From assembly GCA_035566915.1 (NCBI GenBank), contig DATMPW010000073.1:20440-84439 (forward strand): DNA of 64,000 nt, read 5' to 3'. The stretch is from Steroidobacteraceae bacterium (GTDB lineage Bacteria > Pseudomonadota > Gammaproteobacteria > Steroidobacterales > Steroidobacteraceae). Shown one piece after another: positions 30,169 to 40,917 of the stretch. Numbering within the stretch: the first letter of the stretch is position 1; the number at the start of each line of letters is the position of its first letter. The position numbers and the translations under genes are program-made. The notes beneath the pieces were generated by a model. That model saw only the letters and a program-made list of their open reading frames with translations. It was not told the origin of the DNA and did not search any database.

Positions 30169-30357
30169 TCAGACTCCCGAGCTGGGGTCGGATTGATTTG
30201 ACGATGTTCTTCCCGCCTCGGTGGCCCGCAACAGCTGCTCGGCACGCGCCTGCTCGAGGTCGTCGCGCTTGCGTGCGATCTCGGCCAGCATGAGTTTCAG
30301 CCACTGCGACAGCGGTCGTTCAGGCGACTCTTCCCCAGGCGGTGAGCTGTGCGACAT
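30169..30357 (-). CDS. hypothetical 62-aa protein (predicted helical/coiled-coil)
   Basis: ATG at 30357 lies 22 nt after the L,D-transpeptidase stop. GC3 is high in the central part (WLKLMLAEIARKRDDLEQARAEQLL). There is no clear SD and I recognise no family. Confidence 0.3.
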   Translation of the reverse strand: MSHSSPPGEESPERPLSQWLKLMLAEIARKRDDLEQARAEQLLRATEAGRTSSNQSDPSSGV

Positions 30358-30379
30358 GCGGCCACTGCGCAGCGGTTCG

Positions 30380-31627
30380 TCAGCCGCCGTTCTTCTGGGC
30401 GCCGCGTTGACCGCTCGAGGCGCCCGCTGCGCCGGGGGCGGGGCTCGCGGGCGGCGCACCGGCAGCGCTTCCGGGCTCGATCTCCGAGACGATCTGCCGG
30501 AAAGATGCCTCGTCCATCGGCAGATCCGAGGTGCCGTCCCATGTCGAGCCTTCGGGCAGCACATTCTGCACCCGCGGCGCAGCGGCGAGGACCTGCTCGA
30601 TGCTCGAGTTGGGCTCCGTCACCGGAACCGGCACTCCGCGTGGACTGCGCGCGAGGCTCGAGACCAGGTTCCAGTCGACCTGTTCGTGATGCGCCTTCAC
30701 CTCCTGCTGCAGGCGCGTGGCGAACGAGGTCGACAGGAGCTTCTTCTGCGCGTTCTTCCAGTCGCGGGTGTCATCCTCCATCACGTCATAGGCCTGCATG
30801 TACAGCTCGCCGTCCCGCCAGCCGAACACGAATGGCTGATTGACGACGCGCACCTGTGTGCCGATGGGGACCATGTTGAAGAACTGCTCGATGTCCTCCG
30901 GGTACAGCCGGATGCAGCCGTGGCTCGAGCGCAGGCCGACGCCGGCGGGCTTGTTGGTGCCGTGAATGAGATAGCTCGGCCACTGCAGGTAGAAGGCGTA
31001 CTTGCCGAGTGGATTCTCCGGTCCCGGTCCTATCACCGGCTCGAGTTCCTCGCCGTTCTCGTGATGTTCCTTGCGCACCGATTCCGGGACGCGCCAGCTG
31101 GGATCCTGCTGACGACGGACGATCTTGGTAACCCCTTCCGGTGTGCGCCAGCCGACCTTGCCGATCCCGATGGGATGGGTGATCACCACCTGCCGCTCGC
31201 CGTGTTTCGCGGGCGGGTAATAGAAGATGCGCATCGCCGGGATATTGATCACGATCCCGGTGCGCGGCGCATCCGGCAGGATGAACTGCGAGGGTATGAC
31301 GATCTCGCGTCCTTCCCCCGGGAGCCAGGGGTCGACTTTCGGGTTGGCGCGCAGGATCTCCTCGTAGCCGACGTTGAAGCGGCGAGCGATGTCCGTGAGC
31401 GTGTCCTCCTTGCCGGCCGACACCACCTGCACCACGCCCGCAACGTCCTGATCCGGGTTGAGCGTGAAGCGCTCGTTGGCTACCGGCGGCGGCTGTGGCG
31501 GTGCCGCAGGCGGTGCCGGCGGTGGCGTCGGCGGCGCGGGCCGGTGCCACTGGCTGAACAGGGAGCATCCGGCAAGTGCGAGGCAGACGAGCGCGGCCGT
31601 TGCGGCACGGGCACTGGAGGTTCTCAT
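30380..31627 (-). CDS. L,D-transpeptidase lipoprotein with LysM domain (YkuD/ErfK family)
   Basis: The lipobox is LALAGC. A LysM-like block (DTLTDIARRFNVGYEEILRANP) precedes the YkuD catalytic motif HGTNKPAGVGLRSSHGCIRL. Confidence 0.9.
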   Translation of the reverse strand: MRTSSARAATAALVCLALAGCSLFSQWHRPAPPTPPPAPPAAPPQPPPVANERFTLNPDQDVAGVVQVVSAGKEDTLTDIARRFNVGYEEILRANPKVDPWLPGEGREIVIPSQFILPDAPRTGIVINIPAMRIFYYPPAKHGERQVVITHPIGIGKVGWRTPEGVTKIVRRQQDPSWRVPESVRKEHHENGEELEPVIGPGPENPLGKYAFYLQWPSYLIHGTNKPAGVGLRSSHGCIRLYPEDIEQFFNMVPIGTQVRVVNQPFVFGWRDGELYMQAYDVMEDDTRDWKNAQKKLLSTSFATRLQQEVKAHHEQVDWNLVSSLARSPRGVPVPVTEPNSSIEQVLAAAPRVQNVLPEGSTWDGTSDLPMDEASFRQIVSEIEPGSAAGAPPASPAPGAAGASSGQRGAQKNGG

Positions 31628-31735
31628 GGCAGGCCGATTATGACCGATGTCGCCGTGGCCACCCAGCGCGTACCGATCATGCAGACGCGCGATCTTACGA
31701 GGACCCCCGGCACCGACGCTGCTCGGGCTGGTCCT

Positions 31736-32233
31736 TTACAGCAGCACCGGCTGGTTCGGCAGCTCGTTGTCGCTGCGGCGTTTCCCGGGAAAGTGCCGTC
31801 CAAGGAGCGCTCCGATCCCCAGAATCCCGACCACCGAGCCCTCGCGGAAACGTCCGGCGCGGTAGTGGTGCTCCATCTGGCGGCACACCGCATCCCACTC
31901 CGCTTGGCTGACGCGGGCGGCTATGCCGCGGTCCGCGACGATCTCGACGGCGTGATCCGCCATGAGCACGTAGATCAGTACGCCGTTGTTGTGCTCGGTG
32001 TTCCAGACGCCGAACTGGCCGAACAGCTGCAACGCACGCGTGCGCGCCGAGAGCTCACGCCACAGCTCCGGTATGTCGAACGCAGTCTCGATGACGAAGC
32101 GGATCTCCCCGCCGTGGCTGGATTCGCACTCCCCGACCGCCTGCTCGATGGCATCACGCACGGCCTGTGGAAAATGCCGGCGCGTGCTCCAGCGAGTAGT
32201 GGCCATGTGACGGATGAGACGCACGATGTTCAT
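31736..32233 (-). CDS. TPM-domain protein
   Basis: The GEIRFVIE...NNGVLIYVLMADHAVEIVADRGI pattern fits the TPM (TLP18.3/Psb32/MOLO-1) domain. It is the third gene of the lemA-TPM-TPM operon. Confidence 0.8.
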   Translation of the reverse strand: MNIVRLIRHMATTRWSTRRHFPQAVRDAIEQAVGECESSHGGEIRFVIETAFDIPELWRELSARTRALQLFGQFGVWNTEHNNGVLIYVLMADHAVEIVADRGIAARVSQAEWDAVCRQMEHHYRAGRFREGSVVGILGIGALLGRHFPGKRRSDNELPNQPVLL

Positions 32234-32239
32234 CGACCG

Positions 32240-33178
32240 CTACCAGCTTCCGGAGGAGCCGCCACCTCCGAATCCGCCGCCTCCGCCGCTGAAACCGCCT
32301 CCACCGAAGCCTCCGCCGCCCAGTCCCCCGCCGAATCCGCCCCAGCCGCCGCCGAAGCCACCCGAGCGTGGATTGCTCGACCAGCCGCTGCCGCGCGCCA
32401 GACCCATCAGCATGGTGATCAGAGTTCCGACGATCGCGGCGAGTATGGCGAGCCCCACCGCGTAGCCCGCGATCCACACCAGGGCGCCGGCGCCGATTCC
32501 CGTCAGGATCGAGCCGAACGTGCGCCCGAAGATCGCGCGCAGCAGCACCGATCCGATGAGCACGGCGAAGAGCAGCTCCGGCAGGATGTTGCCGCCGGAA
32601 CCGTGCCGCGGCGTCTGCCACGCATGCTCGGGCGGCGGCAGCGGCTCGCCTTCGATCACCCGCATCATCTGCCCGAGACCCGCGTCGATGCCCTCGTAGA
32701 AATTGCCTTCGCGGAAAGCCGGCGCGATGGTCTCGGAGATGATGCGGTTCGACATGGCATCGGTCAGCACTCCCTCCAGACCGTAGCCCACCTCGATGCG
32801 TACGCGATGGTCGTCCTTGGCGATGAGCAGCAGTGCGCCGTCATCGACTTTCTTCCCGCCGACGGTCCCGCGCCCGAGCTTCCACTGGTCGACGACTCGT
32901 ATCGAATACTGCTCGATCTCCTCCGGGCGCGTCGTCGGCACCATGAGTACGGCGAGCTGCGAGCCCTTGCGCGCCTCGAAGGCAGCGAGCTTCTGCTCGA
33001 GCGCGGTCTGCTGCTCGGCGCTGAGCGTACCGGTGAGATCGGTGACGCGGGCAGTGAGTGGCGGAACGGGCTGCAGCCCTCGCGCCGGGCCCTGTGCTCC
33101 CGCGTGGAAGCACACGCTCAGCAGCAATAGCGCCGCCACGCGCCCGCCCCGGGCGGCGCGATGCGCCCGTGCGATCAT
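32240..33178 (-). CDS. TPM-domain protein, YgcG-like, with TM segments and a Gly-rich tail
   Basis: After a signal peptide comes VTDLTGTLSAEQQTALEQKL...QLAVLMVPT...DDGALLLIAKDDHRVRIEVGYGLEG. The C-terminus is GGFGGGWGGFGGG. Confidence 0.85.
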   Translation of the reverse strand: MIARAHRAARGGRVAALLLLSVCFHAGAQGPARGLQPVPPLTARVTDLTGTLSAEQQTALEQKLAAFEARKGSQLAVLMVPTTRPEEIEQYSIRVVDQWKLGRGTVGGKKVDDGALLLIAKDDHRVRIEVGYGLEGVLTDAMSNRIISETIAPAFREGNFYEGIDAGLGQMMRVIEGEPLPPPEHAWQTPRHGSGGNILPELLFAVLIGSVLLRAIFGRTFGSILTGIGAGALVWIAGYAVGLAILAAIVGTLITMLMGLARGSGWSSNPRSGGFGGGWGGFGGGLGGGGFGGGGFSGGGGGFGGGGSSGSW

Positions 33179-33825
33179 TGGGTCGGCGATTGTCCTGCAG
33201 GTTGCGCCGGAGGCGTGGCGGATCCGCCGGGTGTACTCGTGTCGAAGCTGACCGTCGGAGCGGTGGAGATCTGCTGCTCGTTGCCGACGGTGAAGTTCGG
33301 CTTCACCTGGAAGCCGAACAACTTGGCCGTGAGATTGGTCGGGAAGCTGCGCACCGTCACGTTGTAGTCCTGCACTGCCTGGATGTAGCGGTTACGCGCG
33401 ACGGTAATGCGGTTCTCCGTGCCCTCCAGCTGCGACTGCAGATCGCGGAAGTTCTGGTCCGACTTCAGCTGCGGGTAATTCTCCGCGACGGCGAACAGGC
33501 TCTTCAGCGCGCCGGTGAGCTGGTTCTGTGCGGCCTGGTACTTCTGGAACAGCTCGGGGTTGTTGAGCACCTCGGGGGTCACCTGGATCGAGCCGACCTT
33601 GGCGCGCGCCTCGGTCACGCCGATCAGCACCTTCTGCTCCTGCGCAGCGTACCCCTTCACGGTGTTCACCAGGTTGGGGATGAGGTCCGCCCGGCGCTGG
33701 TACTGGTTGACGACCTCCGCCCAGGCGGCCTTCACGCCTTCATCCTTCGCCTGCAGCGTGTTGTAACCACAGCCCGACAGGGTCAACACCGCGAATGCCA
33801 GAGAGGCAACAGACCAAGCGCGCAT
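33175..33825 (-). CDS. lemA: LemA family protein
   Basis: The lipobox is LTLSGC. YNTLQAKDEGVKAAWAEVVNQYQRRADLIPNLV is the LemA signature. The gene overlaps the next gene by 4 nt. Confidence 0.9.
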   Translation of the reverse strand: MRAWSVASLAFAVLTLSGCGYNTLQAKDEGVKAAWAEVVNQYQRRADLIPNLVNTVKGYAAQEQKVLIGVTEARAKVGSIQVTPEVLNNPELFQKYQAAQNQLTGALKSLFAVAENYPQLKSDQNFRDLQSQLEGTENRITVARNRYIQAVQDYNVTVRSFPTNLTAKLFGFQVKPNFTVGNEQQISTAPTVSFDTSTPGGSATPPAQPAGQSPTQ

Positions 33826-33911
33826 CGGCTTCTCCTTATCGTGTAGCGCCCACCCGGCTCCCGGGGGCAGGGATTATTGTCACATGGCCGCGAAAGCGGC
33901 GTCGATCGCGC

Positions 33912-33941
33912 AAAAAAAACCCCAGGTTTTGAGGCCTGGGG
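33912..33941 (-). terminator. Rho-independent terminator
   Basis: On the minus strand the sequence reads CCCCAGG-cctcaaaa-CCTGGGG followed by T8. It lies 52 nt downstream of the stop of the 33993..34196 ORF. Confidence 0.7.
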
Positions 33942-33992
33942 TTGGTAAGGGCGGACCTTCGATGAAGGGAAGGAAGTCCGCCAGGGGATTCC

Positions 33993-34196
33993 TCAGTGCA
34001 ATAGTGCCCAGTGCAGGATGCGGATATCGTCCGAATCCAGATCAAAGCTCTGTGCCAGCAGCGCACGCAGCTCCCGATTGGCGCGTGCGTGCGTCAGGGG
34101 CTGCCGTAGCTCGACCACACCACTCCACTCATTGCCGGCTGCGTTGCGCGCCCTGTCGATGTGGGTCACGAAGTGCGTGTAGTACTTGGTAGCCAC
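33993..34196 (-). CDS. hypothetical 67-aa protein
   Basis: The ORF has high GC3 and is followed by a second hairpin and then a canonical terminator. It starts at GTG with no convincing SD and I recognise no family. Confidence 0.45.
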   Translation of the reverse strand: MATKYYTHFVTHIDRARNAAGNEWSGVVELRQPLTHARANRELRALLAQSFDLDSDDIRILHWALLH

Positions 34197-34299
34197 GGGA
34201 AAAGGTTAGTGGCCCCGCGCGGACACGTCCGTGAGATGTTCCACAGAACCCCGGATTTCTGTAAAAGTGAGTGCGACATAATCCACAGGATTCAAGCGC

Positions 34300-34803
34300 A
34301 TGGGACGCTTCCGGGCGCCTTCCCCGGCGGGGTCGAAATACGTGACCTCGGCGGGGGCGCGGCGACTGCGCGCCGAGCTCGAGCAGCTCTGGCGCGAGGA
34401 GCGCCCCCGGGTCACACAGGCCGTGGCCGCGGCCGCCGCGCAGGGCGATCGCTCCGAGAATGCCGAATACACCTACGGCAAGCGGCGGCTGCGCGAAATC
34501 GACCGCCGAGTGCGCTTCCTGCGCCGCCGGCTCGAAGGCATGGTGGTCGTGGACCAGCCACCCGCGGATCCGGGCCGGGTGTTCTTCGGGGCGTGGGTGG
34601 CGGTCGAGGCCGAGGATGGTGTGTGTGCGCGCTACCGTATCGTCGGCCCGGACGAATTCGACATGGCGCCCGGTTACATCAGCATGGACTCGCCTCTCGG
34701 CAGGGCGCTGCTGCGACGCCGCACCGACGAGGAAGTCACCGTGGAGACACCGGCCGGTCCCCGCGTTTACCTGATCGTGTCGATCGAGTACCAGCGCGAT
34801 TGA
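34300..34803 (+). CDS. greB: transcript cleavage factor GreB
   Basis: LWREERPRVTQAVAAAAAQGDRSENAEYTYGKRRLREIDRRVRFL and YISMDSPLGRALL align closely with E. coli GreB. Confidence 0.9.
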   Translation: MGRFRAPSPAGSKYVTSAGARRLRAELEQLWREERPRVTQAVAAAAAQGDRSENAEYTYGKRRLREIDRRVRFLRRRLEGMVVVDQPPADPGRVFFGAWVAVEAEDGVCARYRIVGPDEFDMAPGYISMDSPLGRALLRRRTDEEVTVETPAGPRVYLIVSIEYQRD

Positions 34804-34939
34804 CCCCGATGTTTCCCGCAGGGGCGCAATCAGAGCCCCCGTGGGCCAGTAGTTTGGCAATTACCTAACTATTAGCTCGAGGAGGTATTTACGCCTCCTG
34901 CGGGCTGTGTGCAGTGGCCGGCCCGCACGCTGCGCGGCG

Positions 34940-36364
34940 CTACCAGATGACCCGCACGTTCTTGAACTGCCAGGGATCGCTCTTGTCGATGTCCTCGGGG
35001 AACAATCGCTCGCGCTCGTGCAGCGGTGTCCAGTCGGTGTACTCACCGGCCACCGGCCCGAGGTAGGGCATGCAGATCTCCAGATTGCGACGGAAATCCA
35101 TGTCATCGGGCTCGACGACGCCGAGATTGGGATTCTCCATTGCCCAGATCACGCCCGAGAGCACGGCCACGCAGACCTGCAGGCTCGTTGCGTTGTTGTA
35201 AGGCGCCAGCTTGCGGGCTTCGGCGATCGAGAGCTGCGAGCCGTACCAGTAGGCGTTCTTCTTGTGCCCCGCGAGCAGCACTCCCAGCTCATCGATGCCA
35301 GCGGTGACGTCGTTCATGAGGATGCGCTGCCGCTCCTGCTGCACGTAGTTGCAGCCGGCGAGCTCGTGCACGGACATCACCGCCGCATCGCACGGGTGAT
35401 ACGCGTAGTGCACCGTCGGGCGATACGCCACCTGGGCCCCCTCACGCACCGTCAGGTAATCGGCGATGGAGATCGACTCGCTGTGCGTGATGCAGAAGCC
35501 ATGAAAGTGCCCTGCCTTCGGAGTCCAGGTGCGTACCCGCGTGCCCGCGCCAGGCTGCGTCAGGTAGATCGCCGCCATGCAGCCGAAGTCGTGGCGCTTG
35601 CCATCGCGTGGAAAGTTGCGCTCGTGCGTGCCCCAGCCCATCTCGCTCGGCTGCGAGCCTTCGCTTACGAAGCCATCGATGGACCAGGTGTTGACGAACT
35701 CGCCCAGCTGCTTCGGCACACTCGAGACCTGCGTGTCGCGCTCGGCGATGTGTATCACTTTCACCCCGAGCCGGCGCGTGAGCTCGCCCCACTCCGCACG
35801 CGAAGCGGGATTGCCGGCAGGCGCCTCGGTGTCGCGTGCGATGTTGAGCAGCGCCTGCTTGACGAAATGCGACACCAGCCCCGGGTTGGCACCGTGCGTG
35901 AGCACCGCAGTCGGCGCCCGCGCGTTGCCCGTGCGCAGCGCCAGCGCCTCTTCGCGCAGCGCATAGTTGGTGCGGCGGCTTGCGGGCACGGTCGGATCGG
36001 TATAACCGCCCGGCCAGGGCTCGATGCAGGTGTCCAGGTACATCGCCCCCTTCTCCCAACACAGCTTGATGAGGGCGATGCTCGACACCTCGACCGAGAC
36101 ATTGATGAGGAAGTCGCCGCGACCGAGCAGTGGATTGAGGACCCGGCGGTAATTTTCGCGCGTCAGGCGTTCCTGCACGAATTTGATGGCGTACTTCGCC
36201 GCCTCCTCGCGGCCCCGCTCGTCCGCGGTCACGATGGTGACCCGCTCGGGCGCAATGCCGATGTGGCGCAGCAGGAGTGGCAGCACCCCCTGGCCAATGC
36301 TCCCGAAGCCGATGAACAGAATGCGTGCCGGGAACTCGACGTGAACCGGGTACTTTTCGCTCAT
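34940..36364 (-). CDS. hss: homospermidine synthase
   Basis: The 474-aa product carries blocks ILFIGFGSIGQG, NYALRE, THGANPGLVSHFVKQAL, IHIAERDTQ, VNTWSIDGFVSEG, ITHSESISIADYLTV, YHPCDAAV, KNAYWYGSQLSI and EDIDKSDPWQFKNV, matching the bacterial HSS I remember from Blastochloris viridis. Confidence 0.9.
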   Translation of the reverse strand: MSEKYPVHVEFPARILFIGFGSIGQGVLPLLLRHIGIAPERVTIVTADERGREEAAKYAIKFVQERLTRENYRRVLNPLLGRGDFLINVSVEVSSIALIKLCWEKGAMYLDTCIEPWPGGYTDPTVPASRRTNYALREEALALRTGNARAPTAVLTHGANPGLVSHFVKQALLNIARDTEAPAGNPASRAEWGELTRRLGVKVIHIAERDTQVSSVPKQLGEFVNTWSIDGFVSEGSQPSEMGWGTHERNFPRDGKRHDFGCMAAIYLTQPGAGTRVRTWTPKAGHFHGFCITHSESISIADYLTVREGAQVAYRPTVHYAYHPCDAAVMSVHELAGCNYVQQERQRILMNDVTAGIDELGVLLAGHKKNAYWYGSQLSIAEARKLAPYNNATSLQVCVAVLSGVIWAMENPNLGVVEPDDMDFRRNLEICMPYLGPVAGEYTDWTPLHERERLFPEDIDKSDPWQFKNVRVIW

Positions 36365-36465
36365 GATGCTTGGCTGACACTCCAGGGTCGGCGGGACAGG
36401 CGAAGGGTATCAATCGGCTCCGCGCGGCTCAATTTTCCAAGGCAGCGGCCCGTCGCCTGCCGGAG

Positions 36466-37131
36466 TCAGCTGGTCCGCCAGTGCGGCGGATAGGTGCGTT
36501 CGTAACCGGGCAGGCCGGCGACGCGCGTGAGCCAGCGCCCGAGCGCGGGATATTGCACTTCGACCGGCATGAAGCGTGATGACAGCTCGGCGGCGCGCGG
36601 CTTCTCGAGCGCGCGCTTCAGCAACTGGATCCCGGGAAAGATGACCAGGTCCACGGCCGAACAGCGGTCTCCTACGATCCAGTCGGACTTCGACAGCCGT
36701 CCCTCGATGGTGCGCGCCTCGCTCGCTACCGCGTGCATCGCCGAGGTGATGGCATCGCTGCCGAGATCGGTGCTGCCGGAAAACACCGCCTGGACGATGA
36801 CCTGGAGCTGCGGCTCGATGTACGCCTGGTACTCGCAGATCACACGCATGATGGTGCCCGCTTCCTCGGGACTGCGCCCGAAGAGCGGCGGTTGCGGATA
36901 CTTCAGGTCGAGGTAGTACAGGATGGCGAGTGACTCGAAGCACACGTACTCGCCGTCCTTCAGCACCGGCACCCGCCCGCGTGGATTGAGCGAGAGCATC
37001 TCCTGGGACTTGTGCTCCTGCTTGGAGAACTGCAGCAGGTGGCTCAGGTACGGCAGGCGTTTGTATTCGAGTGCCAGCAGCACCCGCCAGGAGTAGGGAC
37101 TGCCGCTGCCCCAGAAAACCTCGATTGCCAT
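36466..37131 (-). CDS. glutathione S-transferase
   Basis: ATG at 37131. The product has a thioredoxin-like N-domain ([14 protein letters not shown]...[27 protein letters not shown]) and a helical C-domain. Confidence 0.85.
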   Translation of the reverse strand: MAIEVFWGSGSPYSWRVLLALEYKRLPYLSHLLQFSKQEHKSQEMLSLNPRGRVPVLKDGEYVCFESLAILYYLDLKYPQPPLFGRSPEEAGTIMRVICEYQAYIEPQLQVIVQAVFSGSTDLGSDAITSAMHAVASEARTIEGRLSKSDWIVGDRCSAVDLVIFPGIQLLKRALEKPRAAELSSRFMPVEVQYPALGRWLTRVAGLPGYERTYPPHWRTS

Positions 37132-37187
37132 CGTTGCCTCGCCGAGGTAGTGCTCGCGATTGTAACGACAACCCCGCGACACCGAAA

Positions 37188-38060
37188 ATGCGCACCATGC
37201 CGAGCACGCTGATCGAACCACCGGAGCTCGCCGCGCACCTCGACGATGCGGGCTGGGCGATCATCGATTGCCGTTTCGATCTCGCGCGGCCGGACTGGGG
37301 CGCGCAGGCCTACGCCGCCGGGCACATCCCACATGCGCTGTACGCCCATCTCGACCACGACCTGTCAGCGCCGCGCACGGCGCGCTCGGGACGCCATCCG
37401 CAGCCGCAGGTCGAGGCACTCGCGATCACCTTCGCACGCTTCGGCATCGACGAGCACGTGCAGGTCATCGCCTACGATCAGGGTACGGGCGCCTTCGCCG
37501 CGCGCCTGTGGTGGCTGCTGCGCTGGCTCGGTCATGCGCAGGTCGCGGTACTGAATGGCGGGCTCGCGGCCTGGGAGCGTGCCGGCCTGCCGCTCTCGAG
37601 TGCCATCGAGCCGCGCGCCCCGCGCCGCTTCCGGGCGAGTGCCGACCCGCGCCGGGTGGTGAGCGACAGCGAGGTGGCGCAGCTGGTGAGCTCGGGCGCC
37701 CTGCGGAGCGGTGAGCAGCTGCTGATCGATGCACGCAGCGCCGATCGCTTTGCCGGCGAGAACGAGACGATCGATCCGGTCGCCGGCCACGTACCCGGGG
37801 CGCGCAACCATCCCTTCGCCGCCAATCTCGACGCGCAGGGCCGCTTCCTCGATCCGGGCCAACTGCGCCAGGGTTGGGAGAAAACCCTCCGCGGCGCCTC
37901 CGCGCAGCGGCTGATCTCGATGTGCGGCTCCGGGGTCACGGCGTGCCACAACCTGCTGGCGCTCGAAGCTGCGGGACTGCCCGGCGCACGGCTCTATGCA
38001 GGCTCCTGGAGCGAATGGATCACCGATCCCACTCATCCGGTCGCGCGCGGGCCGGAATGA
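37188..38060 (+). CDS. sseA: 3-mercaptopyruvate sulfurtransferase-type tandem rhodanese
   Basis: Two rhodanese domains are present. The active-site loop CGSGVTA is the 3-MST type CG[ST]GVT, and an AGHIPGA-like block (AGHVPGARN) is present. Confidence 0.8.
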   Translation: MRTMPSTLIEPPELAAHLDDAGWAIIDCRFDLARPDWGAQAYAAGHIPHALYAHLDHDLSAPRTARSGRHPQPQVEALAITFARFGIDEHVQVIAYDQGTGAFAARLWWLLRWLGHAQVAVLNGGLAAWERAGLPLSSAIEPRAPRRFRASADPRRVVSDSEVAQLVSSGALRSGEQLLIDARSADRFAGENETIDPVAGHVPGARNHPFAANLDAQGRFLDPGQLRQGWEKTLRGASAQRLISMCGSGVTACHNLLALEAAGLPGARLYAGSWSEWITDPTHPVARGPE

Positions 38061-38125
38061 GCGTCGCGGCAACCGATAACTGAAACACTCTTACTTCGCA
38101 CACATTTTTGATATAAACGCGCCCC

Positions 38126-40105
<1,980 letters not shown>

Positions 40106-40540
40106 GGAGACCCACCCGCCGGCCGCGCGCCCCGCCGCCAGGGCTCTGGCGCCATGGACCGACGCCCCGGCGGACTGGCGCTCGCGGCGGACGATCGGCC
40201 GGACTTATGTAAGAGGTGAGATTAGCGGCAACACCCGGCAGCGGTGACCGAAAGAGCCATGGTTTGCTTAGCGGAAAAGCCGGGAGTAGCATGGGTCGCG
40301 CGTTCGTATCCGCCGTGGATTGAGTGCGCTTTGTTCGAGTTGTTGACTTCACTTCCGCCCGCCCGTGCCCCTCTATCCGCGCGCGAACGCAGGTGCAGGC
40401 CGCCGGCCCAAGCGCTGCGCATTGACTGAAACACTGCCGATCGTGTGCCTTGAAGCCTTGACCTGTTTGACTGTTCACGCGGTACATGCGACCGACGCGT
40501 GCGGCTCGCCGCTGTCCGCTTTTCCAAGAGAGACTTACGG

Positions 40541-40822
40541 ATGACGACGATTTACGTGGGGAACCTCCCCTTCAACGCTACCGAGCAGGACGTCAAGGCG
40601 CTGTTCGAGCGCCATGGCAAAGTGGAGTCGGTGAAGCTCATCAACGACCGCGAGACCGGCAAGCCGCGTGGCTTCGGCTTCGTCGACATGCCCCAGGCCG
40701 AGGCGCAGAGCGCGATCCAGGCCCTGAACGGCTTTCAGATGAATGGCCGCCCGCTGCGCGTCAACGAAGCACAGGAACGCCCGCAGCGCCCCCGTCAGGG
40801 GGGCGGCCCGTTCCGCCGCTGA
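40541..40822 (+). CDS. RRM-type RNA-binding protein
   Basis: RNP2 is IYVGNL and RNP1 is RGFGFVDM. A short Arg/Gly/Pro-rich tail follows. ATG at 40541, and a strong terminator follows the gene. Confidence 0.9.
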   Translation: MTTIYVGNLPFNATEQDVKALFERHGKVESVKLINDRETGKPRGFGFVDMPQAEAQSAIQALNGFQMNGRPLRVNEAQERPQRPRQGGGPFRR

Positions 40823-40853
40823 CCGCGGCGCTCGTAAGTCCAGCGGAAAAAGA

Positions 40854-40879
40854 CCCCGCGCCAGACGCGGGGTTTTTTT
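40854..40879 (+). terminator. Rho-independent terminator
   Basis: The sequence is CCCCGCG-ccaga-CGCGGGG followed by T7, 32 nt after the RRM gene stop. Confidence 0.8.
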
Positions 40880-40917
40880 ATGCGACGCATGAGGTAATGT
40901 TTGCGGGGACGCTAGCG

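Noticed and set aside
31736-33825. The LemA, YgcG-like TPM and TPM operon, considered as a novel system.
   Set aside because: This is a widely distributed, already catalogued three-gene module. Nothing in this copy departs from the usual architecture.
34862-34872. The 11-nt TACCTAACTAT shared between 7564-7574 and 34862-34872, considered as evidence for a dispersed repeat family.
   Set aside because: There are only two copies of an 11-mer in 64 kb and there is no extended similarity in the flanks. A chance match cannot be excluded without genome-wide counts, so it is mentioned only as a note under the palindrome finding.
40290-40330. A tRNA-like T-arm impression (GCGCGTTCGTATCCGCC) in the speA-RRM intergenic region.
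   Set aside because: The flanking bases do not form a T-stem, and no acceptor, D or anticodon arms can be drawn.
40486-40917. The 5' part of the long tracked ORF 40486..41772, which runs across the RRM gene and its terminator.
   Set aside because: It is out of frame with the RRM gene and crosses a strong Rho-independent terminator. The methyltransferase homology and signal peptide begin only at the ATG at 40918.
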